From the NCBI RefSeq assembly GCF_004010195.1, contig NC_057752.1:5141535-5205534 (forward strand): 64,000 nt of DNA, given 5' to 3'. The notes beneath the pieces were generated by a model. The model did not search any database. It was not told the origin of the DNA and saw only the letters and a program-made list of their open reading frames with translations. Made by a program: the position numbers and the translations under genes. This DNA comes from Chiloscyllium plagiosum (lineage: Eukaryota). Positions 24,693 through 37,714 of the stretch are shown here, in pieces; the first letter of the stretch is position 1, and each line of letters starts with the position of its first letter.

Positions 24693-25133
24693 AAACTAAT
24701 CCAGTACTCCCAGGAATGCAGTATAAAGCTGGACTCTGGTAGGACTTTAAATCCCTTCAACCTCCTCTGACCACAAGTCCAACACAGTATCTACTGCACT
24801 GCAGTGCCATTTACAAAATCATGGTTTGATCTGTGGATATTTCTAATCAACATATATGGGTACGTGATGATACACCTCTGGAGCAGGTGGGCCTTCTGGA
24901 TAAAAGGTACAACCATGACCATAGCACTGCAAGAGCCCATAAAATCTTAGCATAAATGATCGTATTCAGTTTGAGTTTGAAACTTATGATGGCTGATTTA
25001 AAACCCACATTTGCAATGGTTGGGAATCAAACCCTGGTCAACTGCTTGGAAGGCAGCAATGCTCACCACTGCCCAGGATTAGGATGGGGAGTGGAGGAAA
25101 GAGAAGAGGAACTGGGGCTTCTATTCTTATGGA

Positions 25134-25345
25134 GGAGAAAGTGAGGACTGCAGATGCTGGAGATCAGAGTTGAGAGTGTGCTGCTGACATAACACAACAG
25201 GTCAGGCAGCATCCGAGGAGCAGGAGAATCGGCATTTCGGGCATAAGCCCTTCATCAGGCCTGATGAGGGGCTTATGCCTGAAATGTCAATTCTCCTGCT
25301 CCTTGGATGCTGCCTGGCCTGCTGTACTTTTCCAGTACTACACTC
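25134..25345. mobile_element. Penelope-type palindromic remnant with back-to-back decayed hammerhead cores
   Basis: Inverted repeat centred near 25260 (...cataagcccttcatcagg|cctgatgaggggcttatg...). CTGATGA-stem-GAAA on both strands. Confidence 0.8.
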
Positions 25346-28300
25346 CCCCTTCTATTCTTACGCATTGTCTTGTACTCTCTGCTGAAAAAAACATGCGTGG
25401 CTTTGAATGTTGAAAGATCAGAAAGGATTCTGCTTTGAGATTCCATTTTCATATTAAGAATTATCAAATGGATGAGGTGCTTGAGGGCAGCCATTATCGG
25501 GCCTTTGAGTTCAAGATTATTGGCTGTTTTTGGAGATCAGTGTATTGAAAACAGCAGAATATGAAGGAATGTCATCAGAGAACTTACTCCCAAAGGATAG
25601 TAAGTTGTGAACGAGCCCATGAAGGAAAGACATGAATACAGACAGCTTAGTGAATTTTGTAGTTTTGAATGTTTTTTTTATTGAGATATGGATGGGGAAT
25701 TGGATGTAGTTAAAGAAAAGAATTCCATTTCATTTATATCAAATATTGGGATCTCTCACTTTCACATCACTATTGAGTGAGCATCTACAGTTCAAGATGC
25801 TATCTGAATGAAAGTTGTTGATGTCAAGAGCAGAGGGATTTTGGAGTTCAGTTTCAGATATACATGGCATTAAATGGACAAGACATGCACCAAGTGGAAA
25901 AGGCCATTCAAAAAAGCAAACAGAATACTGGGTTTTATGTAAAGAAGTGTAGAGTCCAAAAATCAAGACATAATAGTGAGTCTCTATAAAACTTTCATAA
26001 AGGAGTCAGCGCAGCATTACTTTTGAGCTTCATGCTCGTGGAAAGCAATTGAGAGGGGATACTGCAGATTCCTTAGGATGGGAGAACCAACAGAACACAA
26101 GACGCAATCAGATGAATGTCGTCTCTTTGTGCTGGCTGTAAAGGGTTGGACATTCCGACTATGCAGTGGTTAAGCACATAACTGTCCATAATTCAACACT
26201 GGCATTGAATTACATTATCAAGATAACAATTAGCCGAAACCAAACAATCTGATATCCGAGGTTAAGACTTAAGAACATTGTTGGGCTTTACTAACAAGTG
26301 GGTAGGATTTTCAGAGATTCTCATAAGCTCCTACTTTAACTTCACTAAAACCAGGAAAAATTAAATGGTTGTTTTCATTTTCAACAACTTTCCACAAATT
26401 CTGCCAATCTTCCACTGAAGAAATGGAATGGGGTTGTGTGTGAAGTGTAGGGATTGAGAAAGTCTTCTAATCTCAACCTGACCCAAATGTTTAATTCTAA
26501 CACTGGTACCCAGTCAAACTGCTGTCCTGATCTGTGCTGATATTTCACTTTGCTTCTAGTAACTTCAAAGTGAAGTACATTAAAGCACAGCAGTCTGGAA
26601 GAGTAGAAGCCAGGATCTCATTTGTCTATGGAGATCCAAAGGTTATGCACTTCCCTCAGTCCAGTGCAATGCATCATCTCACAACAGACATCAGAGTGGT
26701 TATGTTGACACCTGTTTGAGCAGCCACTCGCCAAGATAGTGTCAGCACAGATAAACTCAAGAGCAGTGGAAAATAATACCAGCAAAGACAGCTGTACTTT
26801 CAACAAAATAATTATTGGAAATCTCTGCCCATAGCTGTCACAGCATTTTTCAAAGCTATTTTCTCCTGTTCAGCAATCTGGCTGAATCCTGTCCTTAGCT
26901 GAGGTGGCAGATTAGAATGCCTGCTGCCAAACCATTGACAATGCAGAGAAGAAAGAGCATAGACCAGTAAGAATTCTGTCTTCTTTATATTTTTTTTCTT
27001 TTTCCCTCCTGCCTCTATCCTAAAATGAGTGAGACAACTGCATTTAGCTCACCTCCATTTGAATAAAGATTCAATTCTTCACACTACTCCAGGTATTCAG
27101 TTGATATGGTAGACTATGGGGTGGATGAAACAGGATGAAACACTTCCTGCAGAAACAAGGAATGGTGGAAATTAAGTGTGACTTGTGCTTGTGTACATTG
27201 GTGACAGAGATCAGACCAGATTGTCTTTCTGCTAAAGAATTAGCATAGAGGGAAGTGGGAAGAGAGAAAAAAAATAGAAAATACCTCAGTTAAAAAAAAG
27301 AGGGAAAATAAATTAAATATAAAAAGATGTATTTTTGTCAATCGAACACGATGGAAGTCCTCAACAAGAACTGTGTACTCTAAGGTCTAAATTCTTAAAT
27401 GAGCAGTTTGTGCAATGTGTGGGAAGTTTAAGACAGCCCTCTTGTTCCCACAGCTAATGCTTCCCTTATTGAAATAAGAACCTCTCAGATGTTTATTGAT
27501 GGGAGAAAGAGAGAATTTGCGCACTAATTCAGGAAAATGTACAAGGAGGAACATTCGTAACTTTCCCTTCTGTATAGCAAGACAATTCCTGGATGCTTTC
27601 TTTGGCAGATCTGTTGCTGTTTTCATTAAGCATATGCAAGCATTAAAAACACAGAATTCTAGGGTTCAACCCAGTTAAGCAGCTAATTTAAAACATTTTT
27701 TAGGCAAATACAAGGTGTTTCAAAATCAGTGCAGCTGCATCTGGACAAACTGCAAATGATCAGAAATTTTAAAAAGCATTTAAATAATGTGTTGGTTTGA
27801 ATCCAGCTGATAAGGCAGCTGATGTCGGAGACTGCATACGGCCCACCCAGGACTGAGAAGGTTGGAGCTATTGTGTGTCCCTTATGACGTTATAAAGAAT
27901 AGGAAATATTGTGACTGAGAGGGGAGTGGACAACGTTTTTCCATCCATATGTTAATACTCCTCTAACTTCCTGGCCTCAACGAAGCACATGAGAATTCTG
28001 TTGACCCTCCCTCTCTCTTTTGGGAACCACTTGAATGTTGTTCTGTCTCTGCTAACAGTATAGCTAAGGCAAGTATTTTCTGGCAGGCATTAGCTTTCAC
28101 GTTATCATTCCACAGCATAAGATATGGGACATTACCATTAAGAGATGCTTTCAAAGACTTTTCTCTCCATCTCCATTGGTGAAGCCAGAGTTCTTTAGTA
28201 TCAAACCCAAAAGGCCATTTCTTCATGCAGATCAGGATTAGTAAGTATTCACAGGTTATTCAGTGAGTGTAGCCCAAATATAAATGCCAGCTAACTTAAC

Positions 28301-28737
28301 ACATTGCAAGCCCAACATGTGACCTTCTGGTTTGTCTGAGTTGGTTTTCCAATGAGTGGTACTTCATCCATGAAACCACCACTTGGGTTTTGCTTCTGGA
28401 TCAATTGCATATCTGGCACATACTGCCAGACTTCAAGTTTGAGCTTCCAAAGTAAACAAAAGAAGATTTTCACCTGCTTGTTTTCATCATAGTTTGCACA
28501 CCTCCTCTCCATGGAGATGCTGTTCACTTGTATAACACCAGAGCCTACATTCTGGCTGACAAAGCCAAGGTTTCGGAGGGCGAACACCAAGTAAGTGCTC
28601 GAATTGAATAGCTGAAGGTTTGCAGTTCTCTATTACCAAGTACTGATAACTTCCTCCTGCTTGTCCAGGAGGGACTACACTACCAGCTAGAGCATTCACT
28701 TATCAGATTCTCCAAGGTAAACTCTAAAGATACTCAG

Positions 28738-29183
28738 GAGAAAGTGAGGACTGCAGATGTTGCAAATTGGAGTCGAAAAGTGTGGTGTTGGAGAAGCACA
28801 GCAGGTCAGGCAGCATCCAAGGAGCAGAATTGACGGTTCTGGTATAAGCCCTTCATCAGGAATGTAGGGGGTGGCTGAGAGATAAATAGGAGGGTGGGTG
28901 GGGCTGGGGGGGGGAAGGTAGCTTGGAAGGCAATATGTGGATGCAGGTGGGAGGTGATGGTGATAGGTCAGAGTGAAAGGTGTCCATCCTCCTTTCCACT
29001 TATCCGATCCACCCTCTGCTCCAACCTATCACCATCACTCCCCACCTGCATCTACCTATCGCCTTCCCGGGTACCTCACCCACAGAACATTCCTCCCCCC
29101 TCCTCATTTATCTCTCAGCCCCCTTTCTCCTGTTCTTTGGATGCTGCCTGTCTTGCTGTGCTTTTCCAGTGCCACACTTTTCG
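28738..29183. mobile_element. Penelope-type inverted-repeat remnant with a 17-bp flanking direct repeat
   Basis: Same left end as the 25134 element (gagaaagtgaggactgcagatg). Arms are mutually complementary. actctaaagatactcag occurs at 28721-28737 and 29184-29200. Confidence 0.8.
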
Positions 29184-30139
29184 ACTCTAAAGATACTCAG
29201 ACTTTATTCTCAGGTCTTGAGCTCTCCAGATTCCGTCAGTGAGCTTGATTAGCATGCCCATTATCAACAGCACCCTAGATTTGCCTGGTTCAGTTTTCAG
29301 CTGACCAGGTCTGTCACAGAGGGTCAATGTTACATCTGTTACTAGACATTCAGAATCATCATTTTGAAGCCAAATAACATCCCACTCCCCACACACCCCT
29401 CAAACCTCTTGAGACTCTACTCACGACCCCTTGCCTCACAAAGGAGGATGGTCAGTAGTTACTTGTTACACAGCTGAGTAGTGTGGACAGCAGATACCAG
29501 AAATACCCCAAATTTAGCTAGTGAACAACACAGTTAATCATAAACTGTGGGAGTACATTATCATCATCCTCTCCTGACCTAGACATCAACACAGTCTACC
29601 TGCCCCTACCAGCACAGACAGTCTAGAATTAAATTACGGTTAGCACCAAGCACTGGATGTATGAAAATGTGGTTTCCTACCTGACCTCCCAGGTAGCACC
29701 GTCGAGTAGCTGCCTTTTCAAGATTACAATATTTTGGAAGGACTACTCGGACAGATTGTTTTACACCAGTTAGCTTGATGTTCTGGTGTGACACCACAAG
29801 CTTATTCTTCATCAACTGAGAATATTCTGTGCCAGGTACAGCAGTATAAGTGCATCTAAATGGGTAGACTATCCAATTAATGATGCAATCACAAAGTCAG
29901 TTCTTTCTTCGCCTAATATCTGCACACACTTGTTACCCAACAATCCCTTGCTGAGAAAAAAAACAATCCTTTGCTGGAATCTAATAATAAACACTGGCCT
30001 TGGTTGTTTAAACCCCCTGAACTATCATGAGACTAAATACATTGAAGTGGGCAGTCCATTCTCATTGCCTGCCAACTGCCATACTTAATAATAAATGGAA
30101 TGAGAAATTTTACTTTATGAAAATCACAAAAGAGGATCT

Positions 30140-30492
30140 TAGTGAGTTTTGAGAAGATTTGTGGTTGAGGTTTTGGATGTAGGTTGAGGTTTTGGATGTA
30201 GGTTTGCTCACTGAGCTGAAAGGTTCATTTCCAGACATTTTGTTACCTTACTAGGTAACATCTTCAGTGGACCTCATGTGAAGTGGACCCCATCTACCAC
30301 CCCCTGAGAAAAGGAACAGGAAGTGACTTCACCACCAGAAATGACATTACCAACCCAAAGAAACCCAAACACATAAATAGAAAGCATGAATTTTCAGCCT
30401 TGCTTCGCGTGAGGCCCACTGACGATGTTACCTAGTAAGGTAACGAAACGTCTGGAAATGAACCTTTCAGTACAGCGAGCAAACCTACATAC
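30140..30492. mobile_element. Penelope-type element remnant (second family) with inverted arms
   Basis: Arm ~30196-30275 is the reverse complement of arm ~30411-30490. Each arm carries a hammerhead-like motif. Confidence 0.8.
30416..30455 (+). ncRNA. Minimal type I hammerhead ribozyme motif with an intact core
   Basis: CCA-CTGACGA-T-GTTACCT-agta-AGGTAAC-GAAA-CGTC-TGG: stem I CCA/TGG, core CUGANGA, perfect 7-bp stem II, GAAA, palindromic ACGU stem III, and GUC cleavage triplet (after 30452). Confidence 0.75.
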
Positions 30493-32003
30493 AAAAGAAG
30501 ATGCATGTAGACTGGTACAAGAAATAAACCAACAACGGCACTGGATTCCAACAGAGGCACAAGTAATTTACCCTAAATCACCCAGCATGTTTTCCAATTG
30601 TAAAATACATTGAATTTTCTCCCTCCTTTGCTTATTTTTCTATTCCAAAGAAGATAAATCATCTTGTGGAAGAAAGCCACAGGTGTTAGTAGTCCTCTGG
30701 TACCTTGGCCATGCGGCCTTTTATTGGATGGCATCTCTGTCAATGAGGCTTTGGTTGGTTAAACATAGTTATGGGGAAGTGCACATGAGAAAATCTTAGT
30801 TCCATGGTGCAGTTATTCACATAGCCATGAGGTAGTTCTTCCCTATATCATGAATGAAATGTCTGCACTGAACAGTTTTATACAGTGCACCTTTACAATG
30901 GGCATTTATACTTTGAATCAATTCAATCTTTCTGCAAAATTTAAGTAACATTCACTATTAAATTATTCCCATTAGCCTCCAAGTTTGATAAAGTTAATCT
31001 TTTTACCTGGACAGTGTCTCCTCTCAAATTGACCTAATTAATATAATTTTCAAATATTTGCATAATTGATATACATTCCATATTGCCTTCTGGATGAAGG
31101 TGTTCACATTTTAAATCCCTGACTGATGTGCCTTTCCCTACTTCTCTGAATTTGGCCCCTGGGTCTCTTGTCAACATTGACTAGATTCAAACATTAGTCA
31201 GTCTGTCTTCTTTCTGGCTGTAAAACATATCAGTTCTAGTGAACTGAAGCTGCTAACTAGGTTATGGCAATGAATGCTTCACAACACTGCAAAATAAAAG
31301 TCCTGCCATCCACAAAATCATTTTAAAACTGAAATATTTTACAGAAAATTCTGTTTGGAATATGTTCTTTTTCTATATAACACTCTATTCTTAGTAATTC
31401 TCCAAGCCAGTTCTGAGCAAACCATTGTTATGGTTTGGAATTAGCATGAATACACAAAAAATCCTTAACTCGGAGATTCAGTAATGTCTGCTCATTCATC
31501 TCCACTGTGCTACTAGATTCAGTTCAGCTAATTTTCTCTAATACTATCAGCATTAATACTATCAGCATTCTCTAATACTATTAGCATTAGCTGTATGTTT
31601 AAAAGAAAATCAAAGAAAATGCAAATGTTAGTGAAGTTTATCATAATTCTCCATGTTTGGTCTCGTTTAGAAAGGACACAGGTGTACAATCTGATGAAGT
31701 AGCATGTATTGTTCAAGCATGTAATTTCTCACATGTTGAATTAACAATTGGAGGTTGTGGGTCTCACTGCAGGGGAGGGGAAATCCGATGCAAATTCACC
31801 TTAGCTACTCTATAATAACTCTTGGCAGGTGGTAGATTGACAGTGGTTTGGGAGCCGCAATCGATACCCTTCAGTTCTTTATTCATTTTTAAGCACAGTA
31901 GTAGTTAATAAAATCACAAAAGATCATCCTCTCCTCTATGTCTGAATACAGCACTTGTTTCTTTACGAAAGTATAATGGGGAATGGAATTTGGAATTTAT
32001 AAA

Positions 32004-32171
32004 GGAGTGGATTTTCAACTTGCCACCCAAGTGTCTAGTTGACATTCTGCCACCCATCATAGAAATTGTCTTTTTATCATTTCCATTGAAATCAGTTTGA
32101 CATTTTTCATAATTACTAGCTGATCCACAATGTCAGTTCTATGTACAGAAGGCAAGTTAAAAATCTATCCC
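32004..32171. mobile_element. Short MITE-like element with imperfect terminal inverted repeats
   Basis: ggagtggattttcaact ... agttaaaaatctatccc (13/17 complementary). The ends resemble the Harbinger-type GGGxxGAxTTT termini elsewhere in the window. Confidence 0.45.
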
Positions 32172-32407
32172 AAGGCGTTGAAAATTAATTAAAGAATGGA
32201 GGTTGCGTGGTCTGAGTTCAAATAAGAAAATTAAATCTATATATTTTCATTTATTTCATCTTGCTGCACTGAGTCATTTTAGTAAGATCAAAATTGCATA
32301 TTCTAAATTGCAAATAAATGTATCAATGAATTGTTAACATGACCAGTTGGGCACAAACATGGTAGTGTTTCATTCCTCGCAGGAAATAAGTCCTGACTTT
32401 ACAATTA

Positions 32408-32582
32408 GCAACAAAAACAGAAATTGTTGGAGAAACTCAGCAGGTCAGCACACCATCTGAGGAAGAATCACTGGACTCAAAACTCTTTCTTCCCAAAAAT
32501 TCTGCCAGACCTGCTGAGTTTCTCCAACAGTTTCTGTTTTTGTTTCAGGTCTCCAGCATCCGCAGTTCTTTGCTTTATTTTA
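32408..32582. mobile_element. Penelope-type palindromic remnant (third family)
   Basis: aaaaacagaaattgttggagaaactcagcaggtc ... gacctgctgagtttctccaacagtttctgttttt form inverted arms, with a degenerate CTGAGGA...AAAA core between them. Confidence 0.75.
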
Positions 32583-33164
32583 GAATTAGTGTATTGTCCT
32601 ATTCATTAATTGGTGTTACAGAGTAAGGGAGAAATGCTGATAATAGATCCTAGAATGTGCAACTCAGCAGTACTGTTATAACTAATAAAAGCTTACTTGA
32701 CATCCCTTGTTACGTTTGTTCAAACTCTGACTCTGGCAAATAACCAATCTGTTTGTCTTTGTGTGATGACTGTCCATCCATAACTTGGTCATTCAGTGAG
32801 CCTCCTCTCATGACTACATCCTGTCTCCAAGAGGATATTTTAGTTAAGTGTCCTTCTTGAGGGGAAAGTTGACATTTCATTCATTAACCTTCCAAGCAAG
32901 GAAGGTGTAAATTGCTAATTCCATCCTCCTCCTCCTCCCATTTCTAATTTTAGAAGCAGTAGCATCCTCGCTGATTACAACCAAAATAGTACAATAACAC
33001 AATAACACATCAAAATTAAAACTGAAAGATTGTCATTTGTTTTTCCGGCTTCTGTTGGCATAGAACAGGCCTAGGTGTCATCACTGTCTCTCTTTGAAGC
33101 AGGTTATTTTTGGGTCAGAGTATTTGTTGGAAAATGTGTGATGTCAACATAGCATAGCCTAAAA

Positions 33165-34020
33165 TAAGTATAGAGAATGCTGGAAATACTGAAATTGGTC
33201 TGGCAGTATCTGTGGAGAGAAAAACAGAATGACAACAAGAATTTTATCAGCACATCATCGGTTTCACTGCTAGGATCAAATATGCATCCCAAGCTCATTC
33301 ACGTGGGTCAGTGGTGGGACAGCAAAGTGGATTTTTCTGGTGACTGCCAAACAAGAAGCTAATGCTGGGACTGCCATCCAAATTAAAGATGGTGGCCTGT
33401 CTCTCCAAGCTGCTGGCTCAACTGGAGTTCTGCAGTGTCACTGATGCGATCTCTACATTGTCTGCAGGGACAGAGAGGCAGGCAGATCTTGGAGATTGTC
33501 GGGAACGGTGAAAAACTCTACAGCAGTGGTGTGGGATCTGCAGGCACAGTCTCCAATGGCCATGGAGCATCCAAAAAGAAAGGTTTCCCCTCTTTTCAAC
33601 CCTATCCCAGAAGTAACTGAAAGGCAATCTTGATGTATTTGGCAGTCTCCCAACATATAGGAGATACAAACAGCACCTTAAGATGGAAGCTCTGAAAAAC
33701 TTTTACATTTTTTTAAAATCAAAGGCCATAGCCACCAGGCCATATTATGGAGGAGCAGAACCCTCTACTGGATAGCCCAATGGCTATACTGGGAGGTGGG
33801 CAGGCAGATTTCACAGCTGGATGGAACACTAGATTTCCAGGAAGCTGCTTCCATATCTCTTGGCCATATTCCAGCCTTGGGTGGGAACCCACATCCTAAT
33901 TGGAAAATTCAAATCCACAATGAACTCTGCCTCTCTCTCCACAGGTACTGTCAGAACTTGATAATTTACAGCCTTGCTGTTTTTATTTCAAATTTTCAGC
34001 ATGCACGGTATTTTGCTTTC
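33165..34020. mobile_element. Penelope-type palindrome (third family) split by a ~680-bp Harbinger-like MITE (~33233-33916)
   Basis: Left arm ggtctggcagtatctgtggagagaaaaacaga and right arm aactctgcctctctctccacaggtactgtcaga flank an insert bounded by gaatttt (33239-33245) and aaaattc (33904-33910). Confidence 0.6.
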
Positions 34021-34554
34021 ATAATAGTGTAACCTAAAACAGACACTGATGCTAATAATCCTACATTGCCACACTTTTTAGAAGCAGCCTCATTGTCAAA
34101 TTTCCCCAACCACGCATTTGCAGTTGCTGAAGGTTTGCATTTGCTCAACCTAAAGTTTCTGTCTTCCTTCAAAGGTTTCACAGTATATTTGTGGAAGTTC
34201 GTAGGTAGAAATCCCATGTTCCAACTTTAACGAACTGGTTCCTGTGTTCATTTGAATTTCTATGCGACTTTTAACCATTATTAATCAAAGCAGAGGAATT
34301 TCTACCCCTGGAGCCTCACTTAATCTAATTTTATGTTACCTCTAAACTCAATAGAAAACCACAATCCTTTTCACCTGGAAAGGGAACTTTCATGATTATT
34401 TTTCTCTTGAGACAGAGAGATGTTAAGACTTTAAATAGCCATTTTTGGTTTTGTGTGTATCTTCAATTTGTTCTTTTTGCACTTGTGGAAGGTTAAAACA
34501 GCTGTACCGCTGTGGTATTGTGCAATGTATTTTGAAACGTTCTCATTTTGATTC

Positions 34555-35171
34555 CTCCTCTGAATTTTCAGGCCCTGTAGAGGGGGACAGGGAGAATAGA
34601 GGTGGATAGAGCCAAAATTACCATTATAAGGTGGTACGCTAATTTCTTGGTTGCAGATAATTTGGCAAAGGCGGTTCTGAGCTATTAGGGTTACCTATTC
34701 GCACAATAGTGGGTAGCAAATTCAGTTCATTAAAGAGCCTTATTAAGTACGCTTAAGGGAGGTTGACTGGGGTATCCTGTTGGCTTCCAGGTTCCTGAAC
34801 TGACAGTGGAGAGGGTGAAAAAATTATTTTATTTGCCTTGGGCTAGCGCACTAGGCAGGTCTAAAAGTACTCTCTACTTCTCCACCCATTCCCACACTGG
34901 TGCCCTGGCTTCTGTTTCTGTTATTTAAACTTCTAAAAAAATGTTGGCGAGAGGATGCCTCCATGTTAAAGCACTCTCTGTTAGTAACTACCTATTGTAG
35001 TCAGCTGCTCCTCCCAAGCTGGAAAACATTGATAGACCCTTTAGTTTCAAAAGCCTGCTGGCTGCCCTTAAAAAGACATTGCCCGTGCCAATTAAAGGGG
35101 CATTTCTTCTTGAAAATCCCAAATAGTGATTTCCAATTGGGCAGGTATTCTACCCAGCAGAGTTCTGACCC
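34555..35171. mobile_element. Probable Harbinger-like non-autonomous element
   Basis: Begins ...ctgaattttcag and ends agagttctgaccc. GC-richer interior with repeated ttaa/caatt motifs. TIRs are degenerate. Confidence 0.35.
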
Positions 35172-35656
35172 CTGTTTCCTATCACTGGTGAGGAAGTCCA
35201 GCCCCTTATCACCAGTGGAATAGTGGCAGGGTGTTTCAACTGCCATGTGTCCCTTGGCAAGTTAGAGATTGGCATAGCCAGCATTTCTACAATTGATTTA
35301 CTTTCCAACAAGAGGCACTGGATAGATGAAGTCTGAAAATTGGTTGAGTAAAGCATCCTGCTTGATTGTGGTGTTCACCATTGTCAAAAAGTCTGCATAA
35401 GCCTAAATAGCAAGCTTACACACAAGTGTGAGATTTTCTAGTTTAGCCTCAGGAATAACATGATTTTCTTGTCCCGTACTAAGAGTCAGCTCAACAAGGT
35501 GGAAGCACTCATCCCTCTGAATTGGAATGCTGTGGGCTCAAAAATAGTTCCTTAGTCGTGAAGCACTTTAAGACATTATGAGAACGTGTAAGAGGGTATA
35601 CAAACCTCTGACTTTACATTAATAGTGTTGATGGGAGGGCTGGTATTGAACTGCAA

Positions 35657-35860
35657 TTAGATTAGATTAGATTCCCTACAGTGTGGAAACAGGCCCTTTG
35701 GCCCAACAAGTCCATACCGGCCCTCCGAAGAGCAATCCACCCAGACCCATCTCCCTCTGACTAATGCACCTAACACTATGGACAATTTAGCATGGCTAAT
35801 CCACCTGACCTGCACATCTTTGGACTGTGGGAGGATACCTGAGCACCTGGAGGAAACCCA
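35657..35860 (-). mobile_element. HE1-type V-SINE, 3' part
   Basis: (TTAGA)3 tail, then ttccctacagtgtggaaacaggcccttt...cacctggaggaaaccca, the reverse complement of the 3' half of the 15421 copy. Confidence 0.9.
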
Positions 35861-37714
35861 AATCCAAGAGCTTGTTAGGGTGCAGAGATCACATTGAGAG
35901 CTCAGGCATGCCAGCCTAGTTCACTAGGCCATTTGGTGATTCATTTTAATATGTGCACCTATCTATATAAAATGGATATCAACCAGTTCCTTCTGTTAGT
36001 CCCAGCGGGATCCCTGCTGCAGTACTGATTTTGTTGGTGTGTTAATGAATTCTGAAGAAAAATGATTTTACATTTTAAGATCTATAATACTGTTGCTCCA
36101 CAAAGACTGAAAGTTTCTTCACTGTTCTTAACAAATATTTCTGTCATCCGTGCTCTATTTGCTTTGAACATATTTTATTTATCCCTGTATCCCAGAGAAT
36201 GTTTTAATGTTGAGCAGGTTGGTTGTTAGGACAGGTGCAAGATCCTATGGGAATAAAATAGGATTCATTGCAAAGGTTGCTGAAGGTTTTAGTCCTTTGA
36301 ATATTATTACCTTCCTGAGGCTTTGGCCAGCAGTCAGCAGATAAATACTGTCAATGTTTAATTAGTCTCCTGCTGGAGCCCACTGGGGTTATTAAATGGT
36401 TCAGATTGTAGAGACATGACTGGTTCACTTAGACATGCTAAATTGCACAAGCCCTGTGCAGTGCTGACTGATTTTACACCTCTCTCAGCTTCAGGATTGC
36501 AAATGTGCAATACAGCTTTTTCATTTCCTCTGCCAATTTTCTTCTCTCCTAAAAATGTTTACATTAAACCCACCACTACCTGACCCAAGTAGTCATTATT
36601 CATGTGTAGATGTTGGCAGGCTATTTGAGAATCACAGTCGAAACCCTCCTTCATCTCGCCTCTAGCACCTGAAAGTAGAAACATCGGTGGTTCTCCTCCT
36701 CCACCCTCAAAACTAAATAGAGACTAGTCCAGACTAGAGATCAGAACTTTGCATATCCAGTCACTACAAAAAAGAATGAGGCATTTGAGGACCCTGTGTA
36801 GTAACCTGCCATCACTCTTTGGTGTATATCTGCTTGTTCTCTTGCCAAAACTGGATGAAATTTTTAAAAATGAAATAACCAAAAGTGACATAATGAAAGG
36901 ACCATCGTCAAGCAACCAAATGTAGGCTAGCAAGGGAGATTATAACAAAAATGATAGTTGATTAATATCAGATTAAACTGAAGGGCCCTTGTTGTCTTCC
37001 AACTGATGTCTCATCCCATATTTCAATTTTCACGTCCTTGGGTTCTCCCAACCTTTGTTGATGAATCTGCTGGTGGTACAGTAAATGTTAGTACAAACTA
37101 GAGAGGTTATAGGCTTGATCATGATTTGTGCTCAGTTTACTGACATCAGTGAGAAGAGTGTGGCATTCTTTTCATAAGCTTTTACATCTTGCTGAGGTAC
37201 CTTCAAAAACCTGCTTGTTTGACCACATCCTTAGTTGACGACTGTAACTCCTTTCTTTAAACTCCTGCTTGACACCAATGTTTTGCCCACACTGTTCCTC
37301 TGTAAAAAGCAGAAGTGTTTAATATTCAGTCTTTGCCAGATGTTCCAGTTCTATTTTGTCTGAAGTCTAATCTTCCTTTCAGACATGTGCTGTAATATAA
37401 TAACGGTCTACAGGGAGTGATTACAAGGTTGTAATCTAATTGGACAGCTTAAACAACATTATGACCATGAAAGTGAATCTTGAGCGGTTTGTATTATTTA
37501 TTCAGTAAATTTTTAAATTGTATTTTCTGCTGTGCCCACTCTTTTATGTTTAACCACTCCTGACTCTCTGCCAATAACTATGCCCCAGTTGAGAGGATAT
37601 TTCTCTGTAAACAGTTTACAATAACTTGTCATTTCCATGTGACCCCCCCGACCCAGCTGATTTATGTTTGGGGAAGTGATTAGTGTAAGCTGCTGAACCC
37701 CTAGTTTTTTAAGT

